Source: a virus
Taxonomy: Duplodnaviria > Heunggongvirae > Uroviricota > Caudoviricetes
Virus record (IMG/VR): IMGVR_UViG_2671180903_000020
Strand: one strand, 5' to 3'
DNA: 27,580 nucleotides
A program made the translations under genes and the position numbers. The stretch's first letter is position 1. Each line of letters starts with the position of its first letter. The notes below the pieces were generated by a model. It was not told the origin of the DNA and ran no database searches. It worked only from the letters and a program-made list of their open reading frames with translations. Below, piece by piece: positions 17,150 to 26,204 of the stretch.

Positions 17150-17908
17150 ATGAGTTGTAAGCCAATGTTATCATCTTGTATTGGGGTGGTTATGAAGGAT
17201 GGTGCGCTGCTCAGGAGTTCTTCACTTTTTATTGCCTACATGGGATGCCTTGGATGGGGGAGTGCTTATTTCTATGGATGGGGTACTTCTTTTTACTACG
17301 GCTTCCCATGGTGGATTGTAGGTGCAGGTGTTGATGATGTTGCCAGAAGTTTATTTTTTGCAGTTATCGTCATTGCTATATTTCTTATCGGTTGGGGTAT
17401 TGGTGTTGTATTCTTTTTCGCAGTGAAAAGAAAACATTCTATGCAAGAGCTAAATGTATTTCGCCTTTATTTTGCTGTGGAATTATTGTTTGTGCCGGCA
17501 ATTATTGAGTTTTCTATATTGAGACAGAAGATTCAGGTACCTCTTTTGCTACTGTCAGCAGCGATTGCGCTGGCGGTTACAATTTCGATAAGATCTTATG
17601 GGCGATTTTTATCGGTATCATGCTTCTATGATAAGCCATTTATAAAAAAACATTTTTTTGAGATTGTGATGATTGCTTTTGTGGCATATTTCTGGCTTTT
17701 TTCATTTCTGACAGGATATTACAAACCGCAGTTTAAGAAAGAATATGAAATGATTAATTATAATGATGGTTGGTATTATGTTCTTGCTCGTTATGATAAT
17801 TGTCTGGTTTTGTCTACTTCTTTCAATGCAGGTAGTAAAAGGTTTGTCATTTATCAATCAGCACAAGATAAGAATCTTCAGGTTGATATTGTAAGGACCA
17901 GAATTTAA
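17150..17908 (+). CDS. AT-rich multi-pass membrane protein of unknown function (238-252 aa; likely start ATG 17192 after GGGGTGG)
   Basis: At least four hydrophobic helix-length segments (e.g. LFFAVIVIAIFLIGWGIGVVFFFAV, VPLLLLSAAIALAVTISI, FFEIVMIAFVAYFWLFSFLTG) then a ~60-aa soluble tail; GC far below flanking phage genes. Confidence 0.6.
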   Translation: MSCKPMLSSCIGVVMKDGALLRSSSLFIAYMGCLGWGSAYFYGWGTSFYYGFPWWIVGAGVDDVARSLFFAVIVIAIFLIGWGIGVVFFFAVKRKHSMQELNVFRLYFAVELLFVPAIIEFSILRQKIQVPLLLLSAAIALAVTISIRSYGRFLSVSCFYDKPFIKKHFFEIVMIAFVAYFWLFSFLTGYYKPQFKKEYEMINYNDGWYYVLARYDNCLVLSTSFNAGSKRFVIYQSAQDKNLQVDIVRTRI

Positions 17909-18041
17909 TTGGCTGCATAAATAATATTTTAAGTTGCAAGTTGGCTATTCGTAGGAATAGAACCTTAGGCATGCTGAATGCGTTTTCTGAACATTGTTTT
18001 ATAAACTGTGTCTGCTTGCTGTTGTGATCCTGCTTTTAGTG

Positions 18042-18152
18042 ATGGTGATGATGGATTTCACCAGCAGGATAATGTTGGTACTGACTGATGGCGCTCTGGT
18101 CTGTGGCATTGTGGTATTGCTGTGGCCGATGATGAAAGAACAGAATGAATAA
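18042..18152 (+). CDS. Possible small hydrophobic peptide (36 aa); speculative
   Basis: Hand translation MVMMDFTSRIMLVLTDGALVCGIVVLLWPMMKEQNE*; no clear Shine-Dalgarno. Confidence 0.2.
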   Translation: MVMMDFTSRIMLVLTDGALVCGIVVLLWPMMKEQNE

Positions 18153-18338
18153 TTCTTGACTTTTTTGTTTACTGTTTATTAAAAAATCAACCGCATGGTG
18201 AATCCTCCTTGGAGGGGCTAAATGATCGAGTTTTAAGGGCACGTAGCGAGTTCTGTTTGATCATTGCAGAACTTAGCGGGAGGCGCCATGCGTACATCAC
18301 TAATGTTATTTCCTTCTATCATTTTCCTTGTGAGTTCT

Positions 18339-18365
18339 GGCTGCGCATGGCGCGGCCTTTTTTTT
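18339..18365 (+). terminator. Rho-independent terminator (GGCTGCGC-atg-GCGCGGCC stem with one G-U pair, then T8)
   Basis: Read directly; lies about 90 nt upstream of nanS-p. Confidence 0.55.
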
Positions 18366-18451
18366 ATGACCTGCCACTGGCAGATGGTCATCCTGTGATT
18401 TGATTCCGGTTCCGGCTTTTTAACTCTGTTCCTGTACACGGGAGAAATTCG

Positions 18452-20389
18452 ATGTCGATTAAACATTATGATGTTGTCAGGGCGGCGTCGCCGTCAGATC
18501 TTGCGGAAAAGCTGACACACAAACTGAAAGAGGGCTGGCAGCCGTTTGGTAGTCCTGTGGCCATAACCCCTTATACCCTGATGCAGGCGATTGCCGCGGA
18601 GGGGGATGTGACCACGCCAGTGGTTGTGCCCGGCACGGGGGATGGTGGCTATCCGGGAGTGGTCACCACGGAGCCAGATTATTACTACGTTATTCCACTG
18701 GCCGGGCAGTCGAACGGCATGGCTTACGGTGAGGGGCTTCCTCTGCCGCAGACATATGACCGTCCTGACCCGCGTATAAAGCAACTGGCTCGTCGCAGCA
18801 CAGTGACGCCGGATGGCGCTCCCTGTAAATATAACGACATTATTCCGGCAGACCACTGTCTGCATGATGTACAGGACATGAGCCGTCTTAACCATCCGAA
18901 AGCTGACCTGTCGAAAGGTCAGTACGGAACCGTGGGGCAGGGGCTGCATATTGCCAAAAAGCTGCTGCCGTTTATACCGGCGAATGCGGGTATTCTTCTG
19001 GTTCCGTGCTGCCGTGGTGGTTCAGCTTTCACCACCGGGGCAGATGGAACATACAGTGACGTGACCGGTGCCTCAGAGAGTTCTACCCGCTGGGGTGTGG
19101 GCAGGCCGCTGTATAAGGATCTCATCGGTCGTACAAAAGCCGCGCTGGCAAAGAACCCGAAAAATGTGCTGCTTGCCGTGGTGTGGATGCAGGGGGAATT
19201 TGACTTTGACGGAACGCCAGCAAATCACACAGCCCGTTTTACAGAAGTAGTGGAACAATATCGTACGGACCTTGCAGATATGGTGGGACAGTGCGCTGGT
19301 GGTTCTGCTGACGGTGTTCCCTGGATATGTGGAGACACAACTTATTTCTGGAAGCAGAAGAGCGAATCCACTTACCAGACGGTGTACGGCAGTTACAAAA
19401 ACAAAACGGAAAAGAATATTCACTTTGTGCCGTTCATGACCGATGAGAACGGAGCAAATGTCCCGACGAACAAACCGGAAGAAGACCCGGATATTCCGGC
19501 ATCAGGATATTACGGTGCGGCCTCCCGGACGTCGGCAAACTGGACGTCAGCAGACCGTGCGAGCCATTTCAGCTCATGGGCACGCAGGGGGATTATTTCT
19601 GACCGTCTTGCCTCAGCGATTCTTCTCCATGCAGGACGGACGGCTGAACTGGTGGGTGGGGAACAGGTTGTGATGCCGCCGGATGAGAAGCCGTCACCGG
19701 ACACACCATCAACACCGTCAACGGACGGGAAATCAGTGACAACGCTGCTTTATTACCGTGCAACAGAGTCAGGTGGTTTACTGAATCCGCAGGGATGGGG
19801 AGCTGAAGGAGGGCGTGCATTGGTAGTTGATGATGCAGGTGCTGCAGGAGGTAAGGCGCTGAGGTGGACCAAACAGACAGGAAGTTCCTCGTGGTTTATG
19901 CAGCATGATGTCGGTAATGGCGCAGACCTGCTGGAGAAGGGCGGGCTTATCAGTTGTCGTTTTAAAGTTGATGGCACACTGACAGCTAATCAGTACGCAC
20001 TGGCGCTGTACTGGCCGGTTTCTTCACTGCCTCAGGGCGTCACACTGGAAGGTAATGCCGGTCATAACCTGCTGGCGTCGTTTTACGTACAGAGCGATGC
20101 CACAGACCTTAATGTGATGTACCACAAGGGAAATGCTGGTCAGAACACGAAGCTGGGGTCATTCGGCGCATTTGATAACGAATGGCATACGCTGGGCTTC
20201 CGTTTTGCCGGTAACAACAGTATTGAGGTGACGCCGGTCATTGATGGTAAGGACGGGACGCCGTTCATGCTGTCACAGTCACCGGTCGGCACGTTTACGG
20301 CAGACAAATTGCGCGTGACCGATATCACTAGCGGTGCGACATATCCGGTGCTGATTGAAAGTATAACAGTGGAAGTGAATAACCCGTAA
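18452..20389 (+). CDS. nanS-p: Prophage sialate O-acetylesterase (NanS-p type, 645 aa)
   Basis: Recognised from memory as the esterase encoded downstream of stx in Stx phages; N-terminus MSIKHYDVVRAASPSDLAEKLTHKLKEGWQPFGSP; GGGAGA Shine-Dalgarno. Confidence 0.8.
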   Translation: MSIKHYDVVRAASPSDLAEKLTHKLKEGWQPFGSPVAITPYTLMQAIAAEGDVTTPVVVPGTGDGGYPGVVTTEPDYYYVIPLAGQSNGMAYGEGLPLPQTYDRPDPRIKQLARRSTVTPDGAPCKYNDIIPADHCLHDVQDMSRLNHPKADLSKGQYGTVGQGLHIAKKLLPFIPANAGILLVPCCRGGSAFTTGADGTYSDVTGASESSTRWGVGRPLYKDLIGRTKAALAKNPKNVLLAVVWMQGEFDFDGTPANHTARFTEVVEQYRTDLADMVGQCAGGSADGVPWICGDTTYFWKQKSESTYQTVYGSYKNKTEKNIHFVPFMTDENGANVPTNKPEEDPDIPASGYYGAASRTSANWTSADRASHFSSWARRGIISDRLASAILLHAGRTAELVGGEQVVMPPDEKPSPDTPSTPSTDGKSVTTLLYYRATESGGLLNPQGWGAEGGRALVVDDAGAAGGKALRWTKQTGSSSWFMQHDVGNGADLLEKGGLISCRFKVDGTLTANQYALALYWPVSSLPQGVTLEGNAGHNLLASFYVQSDATDLNVMYHKGNAGQNTKLGSFGAFDNEWHTLGFRFAGNNSIEVTPVIDGKDGTPFMLSQSPVGTFTADKLRVTDITSGATYPVLIESITVEVNNP

Positions 20390-20536
20390 GCAGGAAAAAA
20401 AGGCCGCCGGGGCAGGGAAAACAAGGAGCCAGAACCGGCGGCAAATGTCGTTATATCCAAAGCAAAACATGCAGGACACTTTTTTAACCAACAGGTATTA
20501 ACGATGTCAACACCATATCAATAACCGGGAGGGATA

Positions 20537-20719
20537 ATGAGATTTGTACAGCTTATTTTATTGTATTTCTGCACGGTGGTGTGCACGTTATATCTGGTAA
20601 GTGGCGGGTATAAGGTTATCCGGAACTATATACGCAAAAAGATTGATGCCGCGGCGGCGGAAAAAATCAGCGCCAGCCAGTCAGCCGGAACAAAACCCGA
20701 AGAGCCTCTCATTTCGTAG
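20537..20719 (+). CDS. Small membrane-anchored protein (60 aa)
   Basis: Strong Shine-Dalgarno GGGAGGGATA before ATG 20537; single hydrophobic segment LILLYFCTVVCTLYLVSGG. Confidence 0.45.
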   Translation: MRFVQLILLYFCTVVCTLYLVSGGYKVIRNYIRKKIDAAAAEKISASQSAGTKPEEPLIS

Positions 20720-20756
20720 CAACTTTCTTAACAACACCTTTCAACGAGAAAATCCT

Positions 20757-21026
20757 ATGTCAGAAATAAAATCTCTGGTCACTGCTGAAGCAGTGAAGGA
20801 CGTCCTGCGCTCTGAAGAAGTCAGAAGCGCACTGAAACAGCAACTCCGCCAGAATCTTGAGGCGCGTCTTGATGCTGAAGTGGATGCCATTCTGGATGAG
20901 CTGCTGGGGGGACCGGCTGCTCCTGAGCCTGAAGACGGCGCGGGTGACAGTGCTGTTTCAGATGGCGTTGTGTCTCAGCCTGACGGTAGCAGTGAGCCTC
21001 AGCCTGGCGGCGAAATGATGATGTAA
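20757..21026 (+). CDS. Hypothetical acidic protein (89 aa), start at internal Met of tracked ORF
   Basis: MSEIKSLVTAEAVKDVLRSEEVRSALKQQLRQNLEARLDAEVDAILDELLGG...; start choice uncertain. Confidence 0.4.
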   Translation: MSEIKSLVTAEAVKDVLRSEEVRSALKQQLRQNLEARLDAEVDAILDELLGGPAAPEPEDGAGDSAVSDGVVSQPDGSSEPQPGGEMMM

Positions 21027-21101
21027 CCATACGCAGGGGCTGTCGGTGTGAGCTGATGCCCCTCCTGTTGTTGTGAGCTTCCGGATTGCGGGAGACGGGG
21101 T

Positions 21102-21317
21102 ATGTACCAGATGGAAAAAATAACAACGGGTGTGTCATACACCACGTCAGCGGTGGGGACGGGATACTGGCTACTGCAGTTGCTGGACAAAGTCTCCCCA
21201 TCCCAGTGGGTGGCAATAGGCGTATTGGGTAGCCTGGTGTTTGGCTTGCTGACGTATCTGACAAACCTTTATTTCAAGATTAAAGAAGATAAGCGTAAGG
21301 CTGCGAGAGGTGAATAA
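21102..21317 (+). CDS. S: Pinholin, phage 21 S21 type (dual-start motif MYQM, 71/68 aa)
   Basis: ...[50 protein letters not shown] closely resembles S21 from memory. Confidence 0.85.
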   Translation: MYQMEKITTGVSYTTSAVGTGYWLLQLLDKVSPSQWVAIGVLGSLVFGLLTYLTNLYFKIKEDKRKAARGE

Positions 21318-21814
21318 TGTCGCCATCATTACGCAAGGCTGTTGCTGCTGCTATTGGTGGTGGGGCTGTTGCCATAGCGTCTGTGCTCATCACTGGTCCG
21401 AGTGGTGACGATGGCCTGGAAGGTGTCAGCTACATACCATACGAAGATATCGTTGGCGTATGGACTGTATGTCACGGACACACCGGAAAAGACATCATTC
21501 CCGGTAAAACGTATACCGAAGCAGAATGCAAAGCCCTCCTGAATAAAGACCTTGCCATGGTCGCCAGACAAATTAACCCGTACATCAAAGTCGATATACC
21601 GGAAACAACGCGCGGCGCTCTTTACTCGTTCGTTTACAACGTGGGCGCTGGTAATTTCAGAACATCGACGCTTCTTCGCAAAATAAACCAGGGTGATATC
21701 AAAGGCGCATGTGACCAGCTACGTCGCTGGACATACGCTGGCGGTAAGCAATGGAAAGGGCTGATGACCCGTCGTGATATTGAGCGTGAAGTCTGTTTGT
21801 GGGGGCAGCAATGA
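21317..21814 (+). CDS. R: SAR endolysin (lysozyme with N-terminal signal-anchor-release domain, R21 type)
   Basis: N-terminal Gly/Ala-rich weakly hydrophobic segment [20 protein letters not shown] followed by lysozyme-like body; directly follows the pinholin gene. Confidence 0.85.
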   Translation: MSPSLRKAVAAAIGGGAVAIASVLITGPSGDDGLEGVSYIPYEDIVGVWTVCHGHTGKDIIPGKTYTEAECKALLNKDLAMVARQINPYIKVDIPETTRGALYSFVYNVGAGNFRTSTLLRKINQGDIKGACDQLRRWTYAGGKQWKGLMTRRDIEREVCLWGQQ

Positions 21815-22278
21815 GCAGGGTAACCGCGATTATCTCCGCTCTGGTTATTTGCATCATCGTCTGCCTGTCATGGGCTGTTAATCATTACCGTGATAACGCC
21901 ATCGCCTACAAAGAGCAGCGCGACAAAAACGCCAGAGAGCTGAAGCAGGCGACCGCCACCATTACTGACATGCAGAAGCGCCAGCGTGCTGCTGATGCAC
22001 TCGATGCTAAATACACGAAGGAGTTAGCCAATGCGAAAGCTGAAAATGATGCTCTTCGGCGTAAGCTTGATAATGGTGGTCGGGTGCTCGTCAAAGGAAA
22101 ATGCTCTGTGCCATCCTCAGCCGAAACCTCCAGCGCCTCCGGCATGGGCAATGATGCCACCGTCGAACTCTCTTCAGTTGCTGGACGAAACGTTCTCGGT
22201 ATCCGGGACGGAATTATCCGTGACCAAACAGCACTGAGAACGCTTCAGGAGTACATCAGGACGCAATGCCTGAAATAA
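21811..22278 (+). CDS. Rz: Rz i-spanin
   Basis: [45 protein letters not shown]... similar to lambda Rz (N-terminal TM segment plus coiled coil). Confidence 0.85.
   Translation: MSRVTAIISALVICIIVCLSWAVNHYRDNAIAYKEQRDKNARELKQATATITDMQKRQRAADALDAKYTKELANAKAENDALRRKLDNGGRVLVKGKCSVPSSAETSSASGMGNDATVELSSVAGRNVLGIRDGIIRDQTALRTLQEYIRTQCLK
22031..22237 (+). CDS. Rz1: Rz1 o-spanin lipoprotein, embedded in Rz in the +1 frame
   Basis: [19 protein letters not shown] lipobox then proline-rich [10 protein letters not shown], like lambda Rz1. Confidence 0.8.
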   Translation: MRKLKMMLFGVSLIMVVGCSSKENALCHPQPKPPAPPAWAMMPPSNSLQLLDETFSVSGTELSVTKQH

Positions 22279-22309
22279 TTTTTTTGCAAATCACAAAGTC
22301 AATTTAATG

Positions 22310-22333
22310 AGCCTCGCGATGCGGGGCTTTTTT
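22310..22333 (+). terminator. Rho-independent terminator after the lysis cassette (AGCCTCGC-gat-GCGGGGCT, T6)
   Basis: Read directly, 30 nt downstream of Rz stop. Confidence 0.5.
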
Positions 22334-22476
22334 ATGTCCGCAGTAAACGCGCATCTCACGCGCATATTAACGAGAGCCTTTCAGTAAGCGAGCCTGAGAA
22401 ATGCCGTTATAGGTGGCGACCTCTCTCGGGCGGCTTTTCTGTGAGACAGGCTCACTTTCTAAAAGGTAAAGACGCT

Positions 22477-23001
22477 ATGAATAATCATTCAGTTATTCCA
22501 GCCTTCGACTTCCGAGAAATGGTGCAAGCCAAAAACGGAGAGGTCGTTACCACATCCAGAAAAATTGCCAAGTACTTCGGCAAGCGACACGGTGATGTTC
22601 TCAGGAAAATCGAGCAGGTTAAGGTTGATTGCTCGCGTGAGTTTAGCCAACGCAATTTTGCGTCGGCTGATTATATCGATGAGCAGGGCAAGGTTCGCCC
22701 GATGTACAGCCTGACGAAAGATGGCTGGATCATGGTTGTGATGGGGTTCACCGGGAAAGCTGCTGCGGCAATCAAGGAGAGCTATATCGCAGCATTCAAC
22801 TGGATGGCAGAGCAACTGAGCCGCCGCATGGCAATTGGCGAAGAAATGCAGCACCGCTACGCCATCAAAGAAACACGCTCAAAGCTGAAAGGTACGATCG
22901 GCAGTCGGTTAATGAACGAACGGAAGAGAGAGAAGCGTGTCCTGGCTGTCGAGCATGAATACATTTTGCAGGTGACACAGCCTGAACTGCTGATTAATTG
23001 A
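22477..23001 (+). CDS. Rha-family phage regulatory protein (about 174 aa)
   Basis: N-terminal region ...VVTTSRKIAKYFGKRHGDVLRKIEQV... resembles the Rha domain from memory; moderate confidence in family. Confidence 0.55.
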   Translation: MNNHSVIPAFDFREMVQAKNGEVVTTSRKIAKYFGKRHGDVLRKIEQVKVDCSREFSQRNFASADYIDEQGKVRPMYSLTKDGWIMVVMGFTGKAAAAIKESYIAAFNWMAEQLSRRMAIGEEMQHRYAIKETRSKLKGTIGSRLMNERKREKRVLAVEHEYILQVTQPELLIN

Positions 23002-23409
23002 AGATGTCATTACAAAGCCTATCTACGGGTGGGCTTGATAATGGCTTATACCCTGCACGGGATAACTTAACTGATATCCCTTTTAACGGATAAAGGTATT
23101 CAGGCCTGACACATCATGCGCTGTATCGTCGCCGTATTCCCGCATTAACCATGACCGTAGCCCGACGGGGAACTCCTCTGCGCGAGTGTGCGGGAATAAT
23201 CAAAAACGATGCACACCGGGTTTTTACCGCGCTAATGATTCGCGGGTTTGTCCCTCATGCTCGCCAGTCTTGTGCGAGGGTGGAAGAAACAGGGCATGTA
23301 TTCAGGAGCGTGCGACCGTGGTCGCACGACGCTGGTCTGTCAGACATTGAATTCATTGCGAATAAACCAGAACGCTTGCGGGTCCTTTCCGGCAATCCGA
23401 CAGGTTACG

Positions 23410-23421
23410 GGGCGGCGACCT
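23410..23421. other. cosN: 12-nt cohesive-end sequence GGGCGGCGACCT (intact in the prophage)
   Basis: acaggttacgGGGCGGCGACCTcgcgggttttcgctatttatgaaaattttccgg matches the lambda cohesive end and adjacent left-end sequence. Confidence 0.8.
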
Positions 23422-23454
23422 CGCGGGTTTTCGCTATTTATGAAAATTTTCCGG

Positions 23455-23565
23455 GAACCATGTCCGGTTTCTCTTCAAGTTAACTATATGAAAAATATAA
23501 AAACAGGTCTTCTGTGAACCGGACATGCACAAAAAATAGACATGTAAGCCGGACATGACCGGTTT
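23455..23565. promoter_or_regulatory. cosB-like region with three CCGGACATG-type repeats (one inverted), probable small-terminase binding sites of non-lambda specificity
   Basis: accATGTCCGGttt (23458..23471), gaaCCGGACATGcac (about 23519..23530), aaGCCGGACATGacc (about 23549..23560). Confidence 0.5.
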
Positions 23566-23604
23566 TGTTGTGATTGTGAGGTGAGAGTTTTTGCGAGGTG
23601 AGGA

Positions 23605-24114
23605 GTGGCTACGCAGACTGAAGTTGCCAGGCATTTAAGTCTGACCGATCGCCAGCTTCGCAGATTGCAGAAATTGCCGGGTGCCCCGATATCAAATAAG
23701 CGAGGGCAACTGGATCTGGATGCCTGGCGCGATTTTTACATATCGTATCTGAGGAGAAGTAAAAACGATGTGCCTGATGGCGATAGCGAAGACGACTATG
23801 AGGAAAAATTGCTTATTGCCAGATGGGAACTGACAGCAGAACAGGCTGTTACACAGCAGTTAAAAAATGAGGTGTCAAAAGGAAAACTTATTGACACCGG
23901 GTTCTGTATTTTTGCCCTCAGTAAGCTGGCAATGGCGTTATCCAGTACGCTTGATTCCATCCCTTTATCCATGCAACGACAGTTTCCTGATTTAACACCG
24001 CGCCATCTTGACCATCTGAAAACCCTTATTGCGAAGGGGGCAAATCAGTGTGCGCGGGCGGGGGATAAATTACCGGATTTACTCGATGAATATATCAGAG
24101 CAACAACTGAATAA
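23605..24114 (+). CDS. Terminase small subunit (Nu1-like but divergent, probably phage 21 type); GTG start
   Basis: First gene after cos; GAGGTGAGGAG Shine-Dalgarno; MATQTEVARHLSLTDRQLRRLQ... is an HTH-like N-terminus; overlaps large-subunit start. Confidence 0.75.
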   Translation: MATQTEVARHLSLTDRQLRRLQKLPGAPISNKRGQLDLDAWRDFYISYLRRSKNDVPDGDSEDDYEEKLLIARWELTAEQAVTQQLKNEVSKGKLIDTGFCIFALSKLAMALSSTLDSIPLSMQRQFPDLTPRHLDHLKTLIAKGANQCARAGDKLPDLLDEYIRATTE

Positions 24115-26014
24115 TATGATGAGTGCTGTCACAACAGCATTACAGCCCCTGATAAGGGCATTGCCGGTGACGCCAGTTGAATGGGCTGATCAAAATTATT
24201 ATCTGCCGAAAGAATCTTCATATGGTGAGGGAGAATGGAAAACGCTGCCATTCCAGATCGCCATTATGAACTGTATGGGTAACGACCAGGTTCGCACGGT
24301 TAACCTGATTAAATCTGCCCGTGTTGGCTATACAAAGATGTTGCTGGGGGTGGTCGGGTATTTTATTGAGCATAAATCCCGAAACAGTCTGCTTTTTCAG
24401 CCCACGGATTCTGCCGCTGAAGATTTTATGAAGTCTCACGTGGAGGCGACGATTAGGGACGTGCCATGCCTGAAAGACCTTTCCCCATGGCTGGGTCGTA
24501 AACATCGTGATAATACCCTCACGCTGAAACGCTTTTCATCGGGTGTGGGCTTCTGGTGCCTGGGCGGCGCTGCCGCCAAAAACTACCGTGAAAAATCCGT
24601 GGACGTGGTCTGCTATGACGAACTTTCCTCGTTCGAGCCGGATGTCGAAAAAGAGGGCTCGCCAACCCTGCTGGGGGATAAACGTATTGAGGGCTCTGTA
24701 TGGCCAAAATCCATTCGCGGCTCGACGCCTAAAATCAAAGGCACCTGTCAGATCGAAAAAGCCGCTAACGAGTCGGCACATTTTATGCGTTTTTATGTGT
24801 CCTGCCCGCACTGTGGGGAGGCGCAGTATCTGAAATTTGGCGATGAGTCCACGCCTTTTGGCCTTAAATGGGAGAAGGACAGCCCCGAAAGCGTTTTCTA
24901 CCTCTGTGAACATCATGGCTGCGTGATCCATCAGTCTGAGCTTGACCAGAACAACGGGCGGTGGATCTGTGAAAACACGGGCATGTGGACCCGTGACGGC
25001 CTGATGTTTTTCAGCGCCCGGGGTGATGAAATTCCGCCGCCGCGCTCCATCACTTTCCACATCTGGACGGCGTACAGTCCGTTCACCACCTGGGTACAGA
25101 TAGTCTATGACTGGCTGGATGCACTGAAAGATCCCAACGGCCTGAAAACCTTTGTGAACACCACGCTGGGCGAGACCTGGGAAGAGGCCGTGGGCGAAAA
25201 ACTCGATCACCAGGTACTGATGGATAAGGTGGTGCGTTACACGGCGGCGGTGCCTGCCCGGGTGGTTTATCTGACGGCGGGCATTGACTCGCAGCGAAAC
25301 CGTTTTGAGATGTATGTCTGGGGATGGGCTCCGGGAGAGGAAGCCTTTCTGGTGGATAAAATCATCATTATGGGGCGTCCTGATGAGGAAGAGACGCTGT
25401 TACGTGTGGACGCGGCGATCAACAAAAAATACCGCCATGCGGATGGCACCGAAATGACCATTTCCCGTGTCTGCTGGGACACCGGGGGGATCGATGGCGA
25501 AATCGTTTATCAGAGGTCAAAAAAACACGGTGTTTTCCGGGTGCTGCCGGTAAAAGGCGCATCTGTCTATGGCAAGCCGGTGATCACCATGCCAAAAACC
25601 CGCAATCAGCGGGGCGTGTATCTGTGTGAAGTGGGGACGGACACCGCAAAAGAAATTCTCTATGCCCGTATGAAAGCCGATCCCACGCCTGTGGATGAAG
25701 CCACGTCGTATGCCATCCGTTTTCCTGATGATCCGGAGATTTTTTCGCAGACAGAGGCGCAGCAACTGGTCGCGGAAGAGCTTGTGGAGAAGTGGGAAAA
25801 AGGAAAGATGCGTCTGCTGTGGGATAACAAAAAGCGGCGTAACGAAGCGCTGGACTGCCTGGTGTATGCCTACGCGGCATTACGTGTGTCCGTGCAACGC
25901 TGGCAGCTTGATCTGGCTGTACTGGCAAAATCCCGGGAAGAAGAGACGACCCGGCCAACCCTGAAAGAACTGGCAGCGAAGCTGTCCGGAGGAGTGAATG
26001 GTTACAGTCGCTGA
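24086..26014 (+). CDS. A: Terminase large subunit (gpA-like, about 642 aa), start at internal Met MNISEQQ
   Basis: ...VEWADQNYYLPKESSYGEGEWKTLPFQIAIMNCMG...KSARVGYTKMLLG...FWCLGGAAAKNYREKSVDVVCYDEL... aligns with lambda gpA throughout. Confidence 0.95.
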   Translation: MNISEQQLNNMMSAVTTALQPLIRALPVTPVEWADQNYYLPKESSYGEGEWKTLPFQIAIMNCMGNDQVRTVNLIKSARVGYTKMLLGVVGYFIEHKSRNSLLFQPTDSAAEDFMKSHVEATIRDVPCLKDLSPWLGRKHRDNTLTLKRFSSGVGFWCLGGAAAKNYREKSVDVVCYDELSSFEPDVEKEGSPTLLGDKRIEGSVWPKSIRGSTPKIKGTCQIEKAANESAHFMRFYVSCPHCGEAQYLKFGDESTPFGLKWEKDSPESVFYLCEHHGCVIHQSELDQNNGRWICENTGMWTRDGLMFFSARGDEIPPPRSITFHIWTAYSPFTTWVQIVYDWLDALKDPNGLKTFVNTTLGETWEEAVGEKLDHQVLMDKVVRYTAAVPARVVYLTAGIDSQRNRFEMYVWGWAPGEEAFLVDKIIIMGRPDEEETLLRVDAAINKKYRHADGTEMTISRVCWDTGGIDGEIVYQRSKKHGVFRVLPVKGASVYGKPVITMPKTRNQRGVYLCEVGTDTAKEILYARMKADPTPVDEATSYAIRFPDDPEIFSQTEAQQLVAEELVEKWEKGKMRLLWDNKKRRNEALDCLVYAYAALRVSVQRWQLDLAVLAKSREEETTRPTLKELAAKLSGGVNGYSR

Positions 26015-26204
26015 ACTGCAGGCGCTGCGTCAGGCGCGCCTTGATTTATTAACCGGTAAACGGGTGGTGTCTGTCCAGAAAGATGGTCGCAGAATTGAAT
26101 ATACGGCGGCTTCTCTGGATGAGCTTAACCGGGCGATCAATGATGCGGAGTCGGTACTGGGGACAACCCGGCGTCGCCGTCGTCCGCTGGGAGTGAGGTT
26201 ATGA
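25998..26204 (+). CDS. W: Head-tail joining protein W (68 aa)
   Basis: ...LDLLTGKRVVSVQKDGRRIEYTAASLDEL... resembles lambda gpW. Confidence 0.8.
   Translation: MVTVAELQALRQARLDLLTGKRVVSVQKDGRRIEYTAASLDELNRAINDAESVLGTTRRRRRPLGVRL

Noticed and set aside
18036-18242. Minus-strand ORF ending in five consecutive His codons (EIHHHHH-stop), superficially like an engineered His-tag
   Set aside because: The His run is simply the complement of a plus-strand GTGATGGTGATGATG stretch; it is 5 not 6 His, the ORF has no ribosome-binding site or plausible protein sequence, and there is no vector-like flanking sequence.
18287-18397. 36-codon ORF with lipoprotein-like N-terminus (MRTSLMLFPSIIFLVSSGC) preceded by GGGAGG
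   Set aside because: The lipobox is non-canonical, the Shine-Dalgarno spacing is short, and the ORF is largely composed of the terminator hairpin and T-run at 18339..18365; more likely non-coding.
16913-18450. Looked for the tRNA genes and stxAB that occupy the Q-to-nanS interval in Shiga-toxin phages
   Set aside because: No cloverleaf-compatible sequence with a GTTCGAATC-type T-arm and no A/B toxin ORFs were seen by eye; a tRNAscan run would be needed to fully exclude tRNAs.
22336-22370. Direct repeat ACGCGCAT...ACGCGCAT between the lysis terminator and the Rha-family gene
   Set aside because: Only two short copies; too little evidence to call an operator or repeat element.
23151-23517. 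Two overlapping plus-strand ORFs (110 and 89 aa) spanning the cos site
   Set aside because: They run across cosN (23410..23421), which is cleaved in packaged DNA, have no Shine-Dalgarno, and the region is the conserved non-coding cosQ/cosN/cosB segment.
24218-25958. Multiple antisense ORFs (62-224 aa) inside the terminase large subunit gene
   Set aside because: Entirely embedded antisense to a highly confident conserved gene; typical GC-rich shadow ORFs.
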